A stretch of 64,000 nt of DNA from positions 311-64,310 of the forward strand of contig JAFGJS010000094.1 in the NCBI GenBank assembly GCA_016928995.1, written 5' to 3'. The stretch comes from Candidatus Sumerlaeota bacterium (GTDB lineage Bacteria; Sumerlaeota; Sumerlaeia; JAFGJS01). Shown here one piece after another: positions 17,101 to 25,915 of this stretch; position 1 is the stretch's first letter, and each line of letters begins with the position of its first letter. The notes under the pieces are model-generated. The model was not told the origin of the DNA and did not search any database. It worked only from the letters and a program-made list of their open reading frames with translations. Position numbers and translations under genes: made by a program.

Positions 17101-19730
17101 ATCACGACGGCCGGAACATCCTGTCCGCCTTGCTGGAAATGGATGCAAGCATCGGGCTGCTGCGATTTCATCCGCGCGCCCGCGCCCTGGCGGCGGTGTT
17201 CTGGCGCCAATACGCGGATCAAGGCCGCAAGCAGCTGATCGCTTCGAAACTCAAAGGCTTTGGCTCCGTTCGCGAGCTCTTCCCTAACGCCGCGAAACAA
17301 GAGGAATACATCGCGGAGTTGCGCGAGTTAATCGAGCAATATGTTCAGGCCTGCGGCTCTTTCGACGCGACGCTCGTAGAGCAAGCCGGAGAATATTTAT
17401 TCGCGGAGCTGATCCAATCGCAACCAGGATTCGTGATCAGCGCCCGCGCGCGCGATCTGCATCAGGCGTTCCGGCAATACCTCGACGAAAAATTCTTCGC
17501 GCAACGCTTCACCGAGTCCATGGACGAAGTGAAAAACGACACGCAGGCGCATTTTCTGCTGCTGCGCGATTGGGTGCAGGCGTTCCTCGAAACGCGCGGC
17601 AACAGCATCGAGAACGATTTCCGCGACGAGGTCGCCATGCTGCTGCTGCAGAACAGCATCGACCTGACGCGCGTTGTGGAAGCGGTCATCGTCAAGGATC
17701 TGCAGGGCATGGTCGGCAGCCACGCAATGATCGAAAACAAAACATACCGGCTGAATTTCAACACATTTATGCACAAATTACGCCGGTACGAACTTGAAAT
17801 CGCGCCCAGGTTCACACGCTACAACGCGCTCAAAAAGGAACTGCTGGAGCGCGAGCGCCACGGCATGCGGCTCGAAGAATTCCGGCCGCGCGTGCTGACG
17901 TCGTTCGTGCGCAACAAGCTCATCGACCAGGTTTACCTGCCGCTTGTCGGCGACAACCTGGCCAAGCAGATCGGCGTGACCGGTGGAGAAAAACGCACCG
18001 ACCGCATGGGCATGCTGCTGCTTATCTCGCCGCCCGGCTATGGCAAGACGACGTTAATGGAGTACATCGCCAATCGTCTCGGCATCATCTTCATGAAGAT
18101 CAACGGCCCCGCGCTAGGGCATAAGGTCACGTCGCTCGATCCCGTGGAAGCCCCGAACGCCGCCGCGCGCGAGGAGATGGTAAAACTCAACCTCGCCTTC
18201 GAAATGGGCGACAACGTGATGATCTACGTGGACGACATCCAGCATTGCAATCCGGAGTTTCTGCAAAAATTCATCTCGCTCTGCGACGCGCAGCGCAAAA
18301 TCGAAGGCGTGTATAAAAACCGCACACGCACCTATGACCTGCGCGGCAAGAAGGTCTGCGTCGTCATGGCCGGCAATCCGTACACCGAGTCCGGCGAGCA
18401 GTTCAAGATTCCGGACATGCTGGCCAACCGCGCCGACACGTACAACCTCGGCGAAATCATCGGCGACAACGCGGACGTCTTCAAAATGAGCTACCTGGAA
18501 AACTCGATGACGTCGAATCCCGCGCTGAACAAGCTCGCCAGCCGCAGCCAGCAGGACGTCTATACCATCATCAAGATGGCGCAGAATCCCGCCGCCGAGC
18601 ACGACGAACTCGAGGGCAGTTATTCCATGGAGGAAACGCAGGAGATGGTCGGCGTGATGCGCAAGCTGATGCGCGTGCGCGACGTGGTGCTGCGGGTTAA
18701 TGAGGAATACATCCGCTCCGCCGCGCAGGCCGACGCTTACCGCACCGAGCCGCCGTTCAAACTGCAAGGCTCGTACCGCAATATGAACCGCATCGCGGAA
18801 AAAGTCGTCGCGATCATGAACGACGCGGAGCTCGAGGCGCAGATCCTGTCGAACTACGAAAACGACGCGCAAACGCTGACCACCGGCGCGGAGGCGAACC
18901 TGCTCAAGTTCAAAGAACTCGCCGGGAACATGGGCGAAACGGAACAACAACGCTGGGACGACATCAAACGCATCTTCTGCCGCAACGTGGAGATGGCGGG
19001 CATCGGCGACGATCAGAAGTTCGGCCAACTCGTGCTGCAACTGCAACACTTCCGCGAAGGCTTGCAATCGATTCATGAGGCGCTGGCGGGCGGCGTAAAG
19101 CAAATGCAGCAGGCAAAGCCCGCCGGCGAAGGCAAGACGCTAACCGCCGCGTTCGACGAGACGACCGTGCAAGCGCTGCGAGAACTGACCGAGTCCGTGC
19201 GGCAAAGCGCCAAGCCGCAGAAAGCGGCAAGCGCGCGGGAGAACATCACCGCCGCCTTTGACCAGCAAACGCTCAGCGCCATGCGCGAATTGATCGCGTC
19301 GCTGCAACAATCCGCCAAGCCGCCGGAAGCCGCGCCTGCGCTGGAAAAATTGACCGCGGCCTTCGACGAGCAAACGCTAACCACGATGCGGCAGCTGATC
19401 GAATCACTCCATACTTTGTCGCAACAAGCGCAAACTCCGGCGCCGCATGCAGCAGCGAAGGGAACTGCGCCCACCGAGGCGCAGCCCCAAAGCATTCAGG
19501 TCGTCACGCGCATTCCGAAGACGATCCTCGGCGTGCTGGAAAAGCAATTCGAGTTGATGGAAGGCTGGCTGGAGCCGCTCAACCGCAAGGAAGCGCTGCA
19601 AGTGCGCGAATTGCGCCACCTGCGCAAACTGCTGGAGGAAAGCCTGGAGAAAAATCAAAACCTGATCCAGGTTCTGCGCCGCGCCTCGGAAAAGCACGAC
19701 GACGATGACGACGAACACGATCTGGAATAA
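14151..19730 (+). CDS. Giant coiled-coil AAA ATPase ('DNA repair ATPase'/DUF3686-like family) linked to flotillin operons
   Basis: N-terminal LERGTYEIIRNRL; beta-rich region; long coiled coil; Walker A LLLISPPGYGKTT (about aa 1290); Walker B MIYVDDIQH; MLANRADTYNLG; FKLQGSYRNMN; 1859 aa. Confidence 0.88.
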   Translation: MAETNENNIVQNGAENGGAEQQPKAQEQQLERGTYEIIRNRLNKAGKSLRERLNSLNDERKKVFGSIDTKLLATERITTDHNCIPRDMIPIGGDRFLFGYNVMLGLKSVTEISDVFSKYEFKDHQFHRQELKMLADENFLRDFRELYKYYRNTQFARFALQPPHLYMVFRISQELNDIKAFKWLLSEGSLKYIDNRSDPEVRFPAQHDFVWKRVRRDMHIGGEFPHISIEDRIFVETTGGDLTIKIENNTTTGEGIYSEPVVDPDQTLDDAEFQYAIVGNLILLRIRPYQEQAYRYLVYSEKTRAVKRIDSIEHSCVFLPDDHGIIFSNGYFLQTGEYKVFESELRGMTFLKKIPSPNGEDFLFVFYNRREGVYMLLPYNLIEQKCENPIVCNGFSLFDDGEMIYFKRQPEPQKHHPIQIWQTPFTSEDYEPPRETDSYLYKIGNKEIVRGMAECHEVLQLIGKEDSYENLFLDITKNVTDILDAYYWISDEQTYNLRRDLEPIREAAQAAIAEYEKVVAVRHNTERQFKKVSERTAQIVQEVYSRRFEVIHDFVKSLADLRAVRGEIIGLRELRYIDNAAVDALEAEVTGNTNKAANRCVEFLLKPEALTPYQQAVQEHNKAIDEQKKVSDAKRLEEKIAGSASELEMLIEIVSNLKIDDATQRTTIIDNISAIFSQLNQTRAGLKNRIKELAEVEGVAEFNSQIKLLNQGVVNYIDICDTPEKCEEYLTKLMIQVEELEGRFAEFDVFVVQLAEKREEIYNAFESRKLQLVEARNKRASSLMSAADRILKGIKTRVDSFEEINQINGYFASDLMIEKVRDIVAELLELDDTVKVDDIQSRLKTIREDAVRQLKDRQDLYAEGPNIIKLGRHRFSVNTQTLDLTTVLRDGELFYHLSGTNFFEKITDPELLVTRECWTQEVVSENGKVYRGEYLAYQMFNALETGALPDAATLRAMRDGDLLAEVQRFMGPRYSEGYVKGVHDHDGRNILSALLEMDASIGLLRFHPRARALAAVFWRQYADQGRKQLIASKLKGFGSVRELFPNAAKQEEYIAELRELIEQYVQACGSFDATLVEQAGEYLFAELIQSQPGFVISARARDLHQAFRQYLDEKFFAQRFTESMDEVKNDTQAHFLLLRDWVQAFLETRGNSIENDFRDEVAMLLLQNSIDLTRVVEAVIVKDLQGMVGSHAMIENKTYRLNFNTFMHKLRRYELEIAPRFTRYNALKKELLERERHGMRLEEFRPRVLTSFVRNKLIDQVYLPLVGDNLAKQIGVTGGEKRTDRMGMLLLISPPGYGKTTLMEYIANRLGIIFMKINGPALGHKVTSLDPVEAPNAAAREEMVKLNLAFEMGDNVMIYVDDIQHCNPEFLQKFISLCDAQRKIEGVYKNRTRTYDLRGKKVCVVMAGNPYTESGEQFKIPDMLANRADTYNLGEIIGDNADVFKMSYLENSMTSNPALNKLASRSQQDVYTIIKMAQNPAAEHDELEGSYSMEETQEMVGVMRKLMRVRDVVLRVNEEYIRSAAQADAYRTEPPFKLQGSYRNMNRIAEKVVAIMNDAELEAQILSNYENDAQTLTTGAEANLLKFKELAGNMGETEQQRWDDIKRIFCRNVEMAGIGDDQKFGQLVLQLQHFREGLQSIHEALAGGVKQMQQAKPAGEGKTLTAAFDETTVQALRELTESVRQSAKPQKAASARENITAAFDQQTLSAMRELIASLQQSAKPPEAAPALEKLTAAFDEQTLTTMRQLIESLHTLSQQAQTPAPHAAAKGTAPTEAQPQSIQVVTRIPKTILGVLEKQFELMEGWLEPLNRKEALQVRELRHLRKLLEESLEKNQNLIQVLRRASEKHDDDDDEHDLE
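19143..19420 (+). repeat. Intragenic 105-bp (35-aa) tandem repeat, about 3 units, in the giant ATPase C-terminus
   Basis: Units start at 19143, 19248 and 19353: TAAFDETTVQALRELTESV..., TAAFDQQTLSAMRELIASL..., TAAFDEQTLTTMRQLIESL. Confidence 0.9.
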
Positions 19731-19741
19731 CCATCCATTTG

Positions 19742-22342
19742 TTATTCCATGTTCAATTCACAATGGTACGATCCGGCCGCGACAGTTTCAGCCTTGCGTC
19801 CATCGGGATATTCGACAGTGGCCGTGGTGTTGGGCGGCACGATGAACTCCAACATCACCTTTCCATTCTTCTTCCGGCGCCAGCCGCTGGAGGCGATGCC
19901 GTAAGGCGTATCCAGCTGGACGCGAGCCCAGTCCAGCCGCTTGTCAATCTTCGGGCGCACAAAGAAATGCTTGTAACCGGGATACTCCGGATCCGGCGCC
20001 AGACCAGCGATGCGTTCATACATCCATTGCCCGATGGCGCCATAGGCATAATGGTTAAACGAATTCATCTCTACGTTGCCGAAACCATCCTCGTGGCTGT
20101 AGCTGTTCCAGCGCTCCCACATCGTTGTCGCGCCCTGGTTGATGGAATAAAACCACGACGGATAGGTTTCCTTGAACAGCAGATCAAAAGCGAGTTCGCT
20201 CGATCCCATCTGATCGAGCACGCCGACGATGTAAGGCGTTCCAAGAAAACCCGTGCGCAGATGACCGTCCGCATCGTGCACGAGGCGCGTCAAATGCCCG
20301 GCGGCTTTTTGCTTCATCTCGGACGGAATAAGATCAAAAGCAATCGCCAGTAGATAAGCAGTTTGGGTTTCCGGCGCATTCTGAAGCCTGCCTCCGGCAT
20401 CGAAGTAGTGTCTAGCAAAGGCTTGCTTCACAGAGTCCGCTTCCGCGGCGTAACGTTTCGCCTCATCCTCGCGATTGAGCACGCGAGCGGCGTTGGCGAG
20501 CAGGCCGGCGCTATGCGCATAAAAGGCCGTGCCGATCAGCGGAGCAGGCGTGTCTCCTTCGTTTTTTTCTGAGTACGGTTGCAGCCAATCCCCGAAGGCG
20601 GCAATCTCCGGAATCAATCCATCCTTCGACTGCGAACGATACCAGGCCACGAGTTTTTCCATCATCTCGAAATTATCGGCCAACACCTCAAGATCGCCGG
20701 TGCGGACGTAAACTTCCCAAGGGATGATGACGGCGGCGTCCATCCAGCCGGGGCTCCCCGCCCAATCAAGCACGCCGGGGATAACATGCGGAATCCGGCC
20801 GTCCGGCAATTGATCGTCGCGCATCGACTCCAGCCAACTCTTCCAAAAAGCATGGCAGTCGTAATTGAACATCGAAGTCGGACAGAAAACCTGCGCGTCG
20901 CCGGTCCAGCCCAGCCGCTCATCGCGTTGCGGACAGTCCGTGGGAATATCGAGAAAGTTTCCGCGCTGCCCCCAAACGATGTTGCTCTGCAATTGGTTGA
21001 GTTTGGCGTGCGAGGATTCAAAAGCGCCAATCCGACTGAGATCGGTATGCAGCACAATCCCGTTCACCCAGTCCTTTTGCGGCTTAGCGCCGGACGGCAG
21101 ACCGGAAAGTTCCACATAACGGAATCCATGAAAAGTGAAATGCGGCTCCCACTCGATGACGCTTGTCTCCGCGGCGGTGTAGCGATCCGTGGATTGGGCG
21201 GACCGGTAATTTTCGGTGTATAGCGTGCCATCCTGGTTGAGCATCTCGGCGAAACGAAGCGTGACGGTTTCATCCTGCTTGACCGGAATCCTCACTCTCG
21301 CCCATCCGACCATGTTCTGACCCAGGTCAAAAACAAAGCGGCCGGGTTCGGGTTCGGTGATTTCTTGTGCCGGAAGAGTCTCCGTTTCCCGCACCGGCGC
21401 GAAGGGCTTGGGAGTCAGTCGCGCAGCGCCAAGACCGCCGCCGGCCACGACCGGCGTCCATCCTGTGATCGCTTTGCGCGCATCGCAAGTTTCGCCGTCG
21501 TAAATGCTGGAGGCAAGGATTGGCCCTTCCCATGTCGCCTCCCAGTTCTCATCAGTACAGATGACGTCGGAAGAGCCGTCGGCATAGGCGATCTCCAATT
21601 GCAATAGCAGTTCGGGATTATTTCCATAAGCGTCGATCCGCTTTTCCCAACCCAGTCGGCCTGCATACCATCCTTTGCCAAGCATGGCGAGCAGCGTATT
21701 CTCCCCTGTTTGCAATTGGCCGGTCACGTCATAGGCGAGGGTGTCGAGGCGCTTGTGATATGAAGTCCAGCCATTGGCAAAGCGATCCCGGCCGACGCGC
21801 GAGTCATTGATGTTTAGCTCGAACAAACCGCGCGCCGTGACATAAAGGCGTGCGGCTGCGACTGGCTCGTTCACGGTGAACGAACGGCGCAGCCAGGCGA
21901 CAGGCTCCTGTTGCGGATCGCTGTTGATTGCCGGACGGATCCACTTCGCCTGCCAATCTTCCTGTGCAAGCAAACCCAGTTCAAAATGGCTCGGTTCGCT
22001 CCATGGATGCTCCCGTCCCGCTTCATCGCGGAACTGGACGCGCCATTCAATCCGGTCGCGCGAGGTCAGCGGCGCGCCGCCATAGGCGGCTAGCGTCGAT
22101 TGATCCGACTCAACCCAACCACTGTCCCAGAGCGGGACGCCAGCTTTCACGGTCTCAATGCGATAGGCCGTCTGTTTTTTCACCCCGGCTGGAAGCTTCC
22201 AGGAGAACACCGGCGCGGGATCATGATATCCGATCGGGTCCGCGAATCCTTCGCCGACAGTCAGCCGCTCAGCGCCCATATTGGAGGCGCAACCGGAGGC
22301 GGCAAGCATCAAAGCGCCTGTTCCTATTCGAATCCAAGTCAT
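19742..22342 (-). CDS. Alpha-L-rhamnosidase (GH78), probable lipoprotein
   Basis: FDLGQNMVGW, FTFHGFRYVE, PTDCPQRDERLGWTGD, GATTMWERWN, MNSFNHYAYG. Likely start MTWIRIG at 22342 with AAGGA RBS and lipobox AASGC. Confidence 0.95.
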   Translation of the reverse strand: MTWIRIGTGALMLAASGCASNMGAERLTVGEGFADPIGYHDPAPVFSWKLPAGVKKQTAYRIETVKAGVPLWDSGWVESDQSTLAAYGGAPLTSRDRIEWRVQFRDEAGREHPWSEPSHFELGLLAQEDWQAKWIRPAINSDPQQEPVAWLRRSFTVNEPVAAARLYVTARGLFELNINDSRVGRDRFANGWTSYHKRLDTLAYDVTGQLQTGENTLLAMLGKGWYAGRLGWEKRIDAYGNNPELLLQLEIAYADGSSDVICTDENWEATWEGPILASSIYDGETCDARKAITGWTPVVAGGGLGAARLTPKPFAPVRETETLPAQEITEPEPGRFVFDLGQNMVGWARVRIPVKQDETVTLRFAEMLNQDGTLYTENYRSAQSTDRYTAAETSVIEWEPHFTFHGFRYVELSGLPSGAKPQKDWVNGIVLHTDLSRIGAFESSHAKLNQLQSNIVWGQRGNFLDIPTDCPQRDERLGWTGDAQVFCPTSMFNYDCHAFWKSWLESMRDDQLPDGRIPHVIPGVLDWAGSPGWMDAAVIIPWEVYVRTGDLEVLADNFEMMEKLVAWYRSQSKDGLIPEIAAFGDWLQPYSEKNEGDTPAPLIGTAFYAHSAGLLANAARVLNREDEAKRYAAEADSVKQAFARHYFDAGGRLQNAPETQTAYLLAIAFDLIPSEMKQKAAGHLTRLVHDADGHLRTGFLGTPYIVGVLDQMGSSELAFDLLFKETYPSWFYSINQGATTMWERWNSYSHEDGFGNVEMNSFNHYAYGAIGQWMYERIAGLAPDPEYPGYKHFFVRPKIDKRLDWARVQLDTPYGIASSGWRRKKNGKVMLEFIVPPNTTATVEYPDGRKAETVAAGSYHCELNME

Positions 22343-22629
22343 TTTAATGTCCTTGATCCTGATGAATGGCTTTGACGGCCGCCAACATCCGATGTGTTTC
22401 TTGAAACGATGACATTGGGAAACTGCTCTCATCAATCCCCAATGATATTTAGATTTTTGCCATTTCGCGAACAATTCCGCCACCTTGAAATCGTCAAAAA
22501 AATCTTAATTTTGTTGAATTTTGCACTTGAATATCGTCCTGAATATCGACAACATCCGCACGAAATCCGCACTACTCTACTTTGCGGAGACCACTCCCTT
22601 GATAGCCAATCCTGGCTTGAAAGCTTATC

Positions 22630-23061
22630 ATGAACAGCCTGAATGCCTTGCGCACACTGAGCGCTGTCACGCCTGTGATTCCACCAATCCCAAGCGAACT
22701 GGTTATCGTACAGATGCCCTCGATGGGAAGAGGAGTCATCGCGACACAATGCTACTATCCCGGCGACTTGATTGAAACCTGTCCGGTGATCGCGATTCCA
22801 GCCGAACAATGCGACGCCTTGTATCAAACCGAGCTTTACAACTACGCCTTTCAATGGAGGCATGACGCGGTGGCGATCGCGCTGGGCATGGGATCGCTTT
22901 ACAACCACTCGTATTCCCCCAACGCGGTGTATCAGTCGCTTCCCGATGACGGCGTCATTCGGATCACGGCGCTGAAGCCGATCCAGCCGGGCGATCAAAT
23001 CTTCATCAATTACAATAAAGACCCCAATGACATGTCGCCGTTATGGTTCGAAGCAAGTTGA
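22630..23061 (+). CDS. SET-domain protein (putative lysine methyltransferase)
   Basis: GRGVIAT, SLYNHSYSPNA, ALKPIQPGDQIFINY. Confidence 0.9.
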   Translation: MNSLNALRTLSAVTPVIPPIPSELVIVQMPSMGRGVIATQCYYPGDLIETCPVIAIPAEQCDALYQTELYNYAFQWRHDAVAIALGMGSLYNHSYSPNAVYQSLPDDGVIRITALKPIQPGDQIFINYNKDPNDMSPLWFEAS

Positions 23062-23090
23062 TCGCCGCATCGCAGCATCAGACCGGATAA

Positions 23091-23128
23091 AATCACAAAG
23101 CCCTTCGCGTCGATAGTGAAGGGCTTTG
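23091..23128 (-). terminator. Intrinsic terminator downstream of ilvC (possibly bidirectional)
   Basis: CAAAGCCCTTCGC-GTCGATA-GTGAAGGGCTTTG hairpin between convergent genes, followed by TGATTTT on the minus strand. Confidence 0.7.
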
Positions 23129-23158
23129 CGGCATCAATGATAACCTCGTGTCAAAGCG

Positions 23159-24271
23159 TTACGATTTGGCCTTCTTGGCGCTTTTCCTGGCCGCTTTCTT
23201 TTTCGCGGGAGCGGCTTTCTTGTTCATGTTTTCCGGACGCAGTTCGCGCACCTTGATGCCGGCCTGCCACATTTCGCTGTCATGGATTTCCTTCAGTTCC
23301 TTGCCCAATTGCGTAGCGTAATCCCGCCGCGAGTTGGCTTTGATTGTGATGCGGGCTTCATTGCCGCTCTTCACGCTCTTGTAGAGTTTCCGGAACACGG
23401 GAAGCACGGCTTTCTTGAACGGACCTTTCCAGTCCAGCGCGCCGCGTTGCGCCGTGGTCGAGCAATTGGCGTACATCCAATCCATGCCGTTCTCGCCCAC
23501 CAGGCGGATCAAGCTCTGGGTCAGTTCTTCCACGGTCTCATTAAAAGCCTCGCTCGGTGAATGGCCGTTCTCGCGCAGCACGTCGTACTGCGCCTCCATC
23601 ACGCCGGCCAGCGCGCCCATCAGCACACCGCGCTCTCCGGTCAGGTCGCTGAGCACTTCCTTCTGGAAGGTGGTCTCGAAGAGATAACCGGAGCCGATGG
23701 CGATGCCCAGCGCCAGGCAGCGCTCGCGCGCGCGGCCCGTAGCGTCCTGGAACACGGCAAAGGAGGAGTTGATGCCCGAGCCGTCGAGGAAGTTGCGGCG
23801 GACGCTCGTGCCGGAGCCCTTCGGCGCGACCATGATCACGTCGATATCTTTCGGAGGAATGACGTTGGTGTCTTTCTTGAACACGATGCTGAAGCCATGC
23901 GAGAAGTACAGCGCGTCGCCCGGCTTCAAATTCGCCTTGACCGTGGGCCAGGCCAGCATCTGGCCGGCGTCGCTGATTAGATATTGAATGACCGTTGCGC
24001 GCTTGACGGCTTCCTCGATGGAGAAAAGGGATTTGCCGGGCTTCCAGCCATCCTTAATCGCCTTGTTCCAATACGCCTTTTCTTCCTTGCGTTGACCGAT
24101 GATGACATTGAAGCCGTTGTCGCGCATGTTGAGCGCCTGCGCCGGTCCCTGGACGCCGTAGCCGATCACGGCGATAACTTCGTTCTTCATAACCTTTTTC
24201 GCTTTTGCGAGCGGGAATTCCTTGCGCATCACGACAGTCTCGCGCATGCCGCCGAAACTTATTTTAGCCAT
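23159..24271 (-). CDS. ilvC: Ketol-acid reductoisomerase
   Basis: AVIGYGVQGPAQALNMRD, YFSHGF, VIMVAPKGSG, SDLTGERGVLMG, SEAFNETVEE, NCSTTAQRGALDW. Confidence 0.96.
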   Translation of the reverse strand: MAKISFGGMRETVVMRKEFPLAKAKKVMKNEVIAVIGYGVQGPAQALNMRDNGFNVIIGQRKEEKAYWNKAIKDGWKPGKSLFSIEEAVKRATVIQYLISDAGQMLAWPTVKANLKPGDALYFSHGFSIVFKKDTNVIPPKDIDVIMVAPKGSGTSVRRNFLDGSGINSSFAVFQDATGRARERCLALGIAIGSGYLFETTFQKEVLSDLTGERGVLMGALAGVMEAQYDVLRENGHSPSEAFNETVEELTQSLIRLVGENGMDWMYANCSTTAQRGALDWKGPFKKAVLPVFRKLYKSVKSGNEARITIKANSRRDYATQLGKELKEIHDSEMWQAGIKVRELRPENMNKKAAPAKKKAARKSAKKAKS

Positions 24272-24455
24272 TTCTGCATCTCCTTACTATGGGTGAATAT
24301 CATATTGCGGTTGCGCCTGAACGCCGTTTCCGCCGAACGTCCCGCCGCAGCTCGTCCCGAACAGCGTATGAGCTTGGTGGGGCGCCAACTAAATGTCAAG
24401 CCCGAAGCGCAGCAAAACAAATCGGGGGCAGCTTAAGTTTATCTGGATTTTAAAT

Positions 24456-24613
24456 TTCTTGCTCTCGCTCTTGCTCATGCTCTTGCTCGTAATCGAATCC
24501 AGGCATCCGGCCTTGGAATTCGAATTTAAATATCTCACGCTGCGTTGAAGCGAAATTTTCGGTTGCGCGGCGGTTTACTAGAGCAAAAGCAAGAGCAGGA
24601 GCAAGAGCAAGAA
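24456..24613. repeat. Paired inverted 6-bp-period arms (CTTGCT)n ... (AGCAAG)n around a ~90-bp spacer
   Basis: CTTGCT CTCGCT CTTGCT CATGCT CTTGCT (24458-24487) and AGCAAA AGCAAG AGCAGG AGCAAG AGCAAG (24582-24611). Confidence 0.85.
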
Positions 24614-24668
24614 AAAACGCGACAAAGTCAAGATGCGCCCACACAAATCCGCCGTATCCGTGGGTCGT

Positions 24669-25904
24669 TTATAGATCGGGAAAACGGTCCGAGCGCAGCA
24701 ATCCTGTGTCAGGATCATAGGTCCATTGCCCGCTGAACGGCTCATCGTACTTCAACTCGCCGTCTTCTTTGACGAGTTCCGGAACATCGGCGATCCGGGG
24801 CGGATAAGCGCCGTGTTCTTCCAGGTATCGCGCCAGTTCACGGCGCATGACACTCAGCCTGCCGCCCATCACCTGGCGAATGACGCTGAGCTTCATCGCC
24901 TCGCCGGTGTCCGGATTCAGATCGAAGCCGTGCTCAGGATCGTCGACCCAATCCGGCAGGACGCCGCGCACAGTGCAGGCTTGAATGATTTGGGCGAAAT
25001 TGCCGCTCAAGGATTCGCCGCTCTGCATCGCCAAATCGGCCATCTGGGTCAGGCGGCCCCAGGAAATATATTCATAGTCCTTCAGGTAACCAGCGGTTTC
25101 CAGCTCCCGTAAATGATGAAGGCCGCGGCCGTTGTCGAGTTTGAACTGCTCGATTTTTTCATTGATCCCGGCCAGCGTCCATCGCTCCAGTGAAATGCGA
25201 GCGCGTTTGCGCCGCATATCACTCATCAACTCGTCTCCGCTGTCCACGGAATCGAACCAGTCTTTGCACCATTTTTCAAAGGCGATTTGATAAAGCCCCA
25301 TTTTTTCGTCGAGGTAGATTCCCATGCCCTCGATCCAGTCCGGAGCGTCGACGCATTTGGCGGCCATGCGCTGATAAAATTTCGCCTTCTTGTATTGATC
25401 ATCGTTGAACGCGCATTGAAACAGAGCAAGGAAGGGAATGCGGTAATAGCGGCGCGGATTGGCATACATGCCTTTGTCCAGCAGTTTCAGCGCGGCTTCG
25501 GTGTCATTGCTATCCTCGCCCATCACCATGGAGCCAAAATCGTACGCATACACCATCCTGGGCTCCAATGTCGTGATCACATCGAAAAGATGCAGGACTG
25601 GCGCATACTCGCGTGAGGAGCGGTAAATGCCGCCAAACACCTGGATTGACCGGAGCCAGAGCAAGTGCGCCGTGATGGTGTCATAGCCGAATGTAATGAC
25701 CTTGCCGAACTCGCCGGAAGGAAGGTTGCCTATGCGAAAGCCCTTCTCCAGAGAAACACGCTCCCGCGTCAACTGATAGCGCTCCTGAATCCAGGCCGAC
25801 GTCCCCAGCAGCGCGGCCAGCAACGCGACGCCGAAGATCAAACCGCCCAGTCGCGCGCTTCCGCGAATAGATCGTCTGCGAGATGTCGGGGATTTTCCGG
25901 GCAT
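24669..25904 (-). CDS. Membrane-anchored TPR-like accessory protein of an ABC system (PilG/XapA-like)
   Basis: N-terminal TM; TFGYDTITAHLLWLRSIQVFG...LFDVITTLEPR...AYDFG...LLDKGMYANP helical repeats; third gene of an ABC ATPase-permease operon. Confidence 0.6.
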   Translation of the reverse strand: MPGKSPTSRRRSIRGSARLGGLIFGVALLAALLGTSAWIQERYQLTRERVSLEKGFRIGNLPSGEFGKVITFGYDTITAHLLWLRSIQVFGGIYRSSREYAPVLHLFDVITTLEPRMVYAYDFGSMVMGEDSNDTEAALKLLDKGMYANPRRYYRIPFLALFQCAFNDDQYKKAKFYQRMAAKCVDAPDWIEGMGIYLDEKMGLYQIAFEKWCKDWFDSVDSGDELMSDMRRKRARISLERWTLAGINEKIEQFKLDNGRGLHHLRELETAGYLKDYEYISWGRLTQMADLAMQSGESLSGNFAQIIQACTVRGVLPDWVDDPEHGFDLNPDTGEAMKLSVIRQVMGGRLSVMRRELARYLEEHGAYPPRIADVPELVKEDGELKYDEPFSGQWTYDPDTGLLRSDRFPDL

Positions 25905-25915
25905 CTTCGCGCTCC

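Noticed and set aside
24450-24736. Small ORFs containing EQEHEQEREQE or LALAPALAFAL
   Set aside because: These are translations of the 6-bp-period repeat arms.
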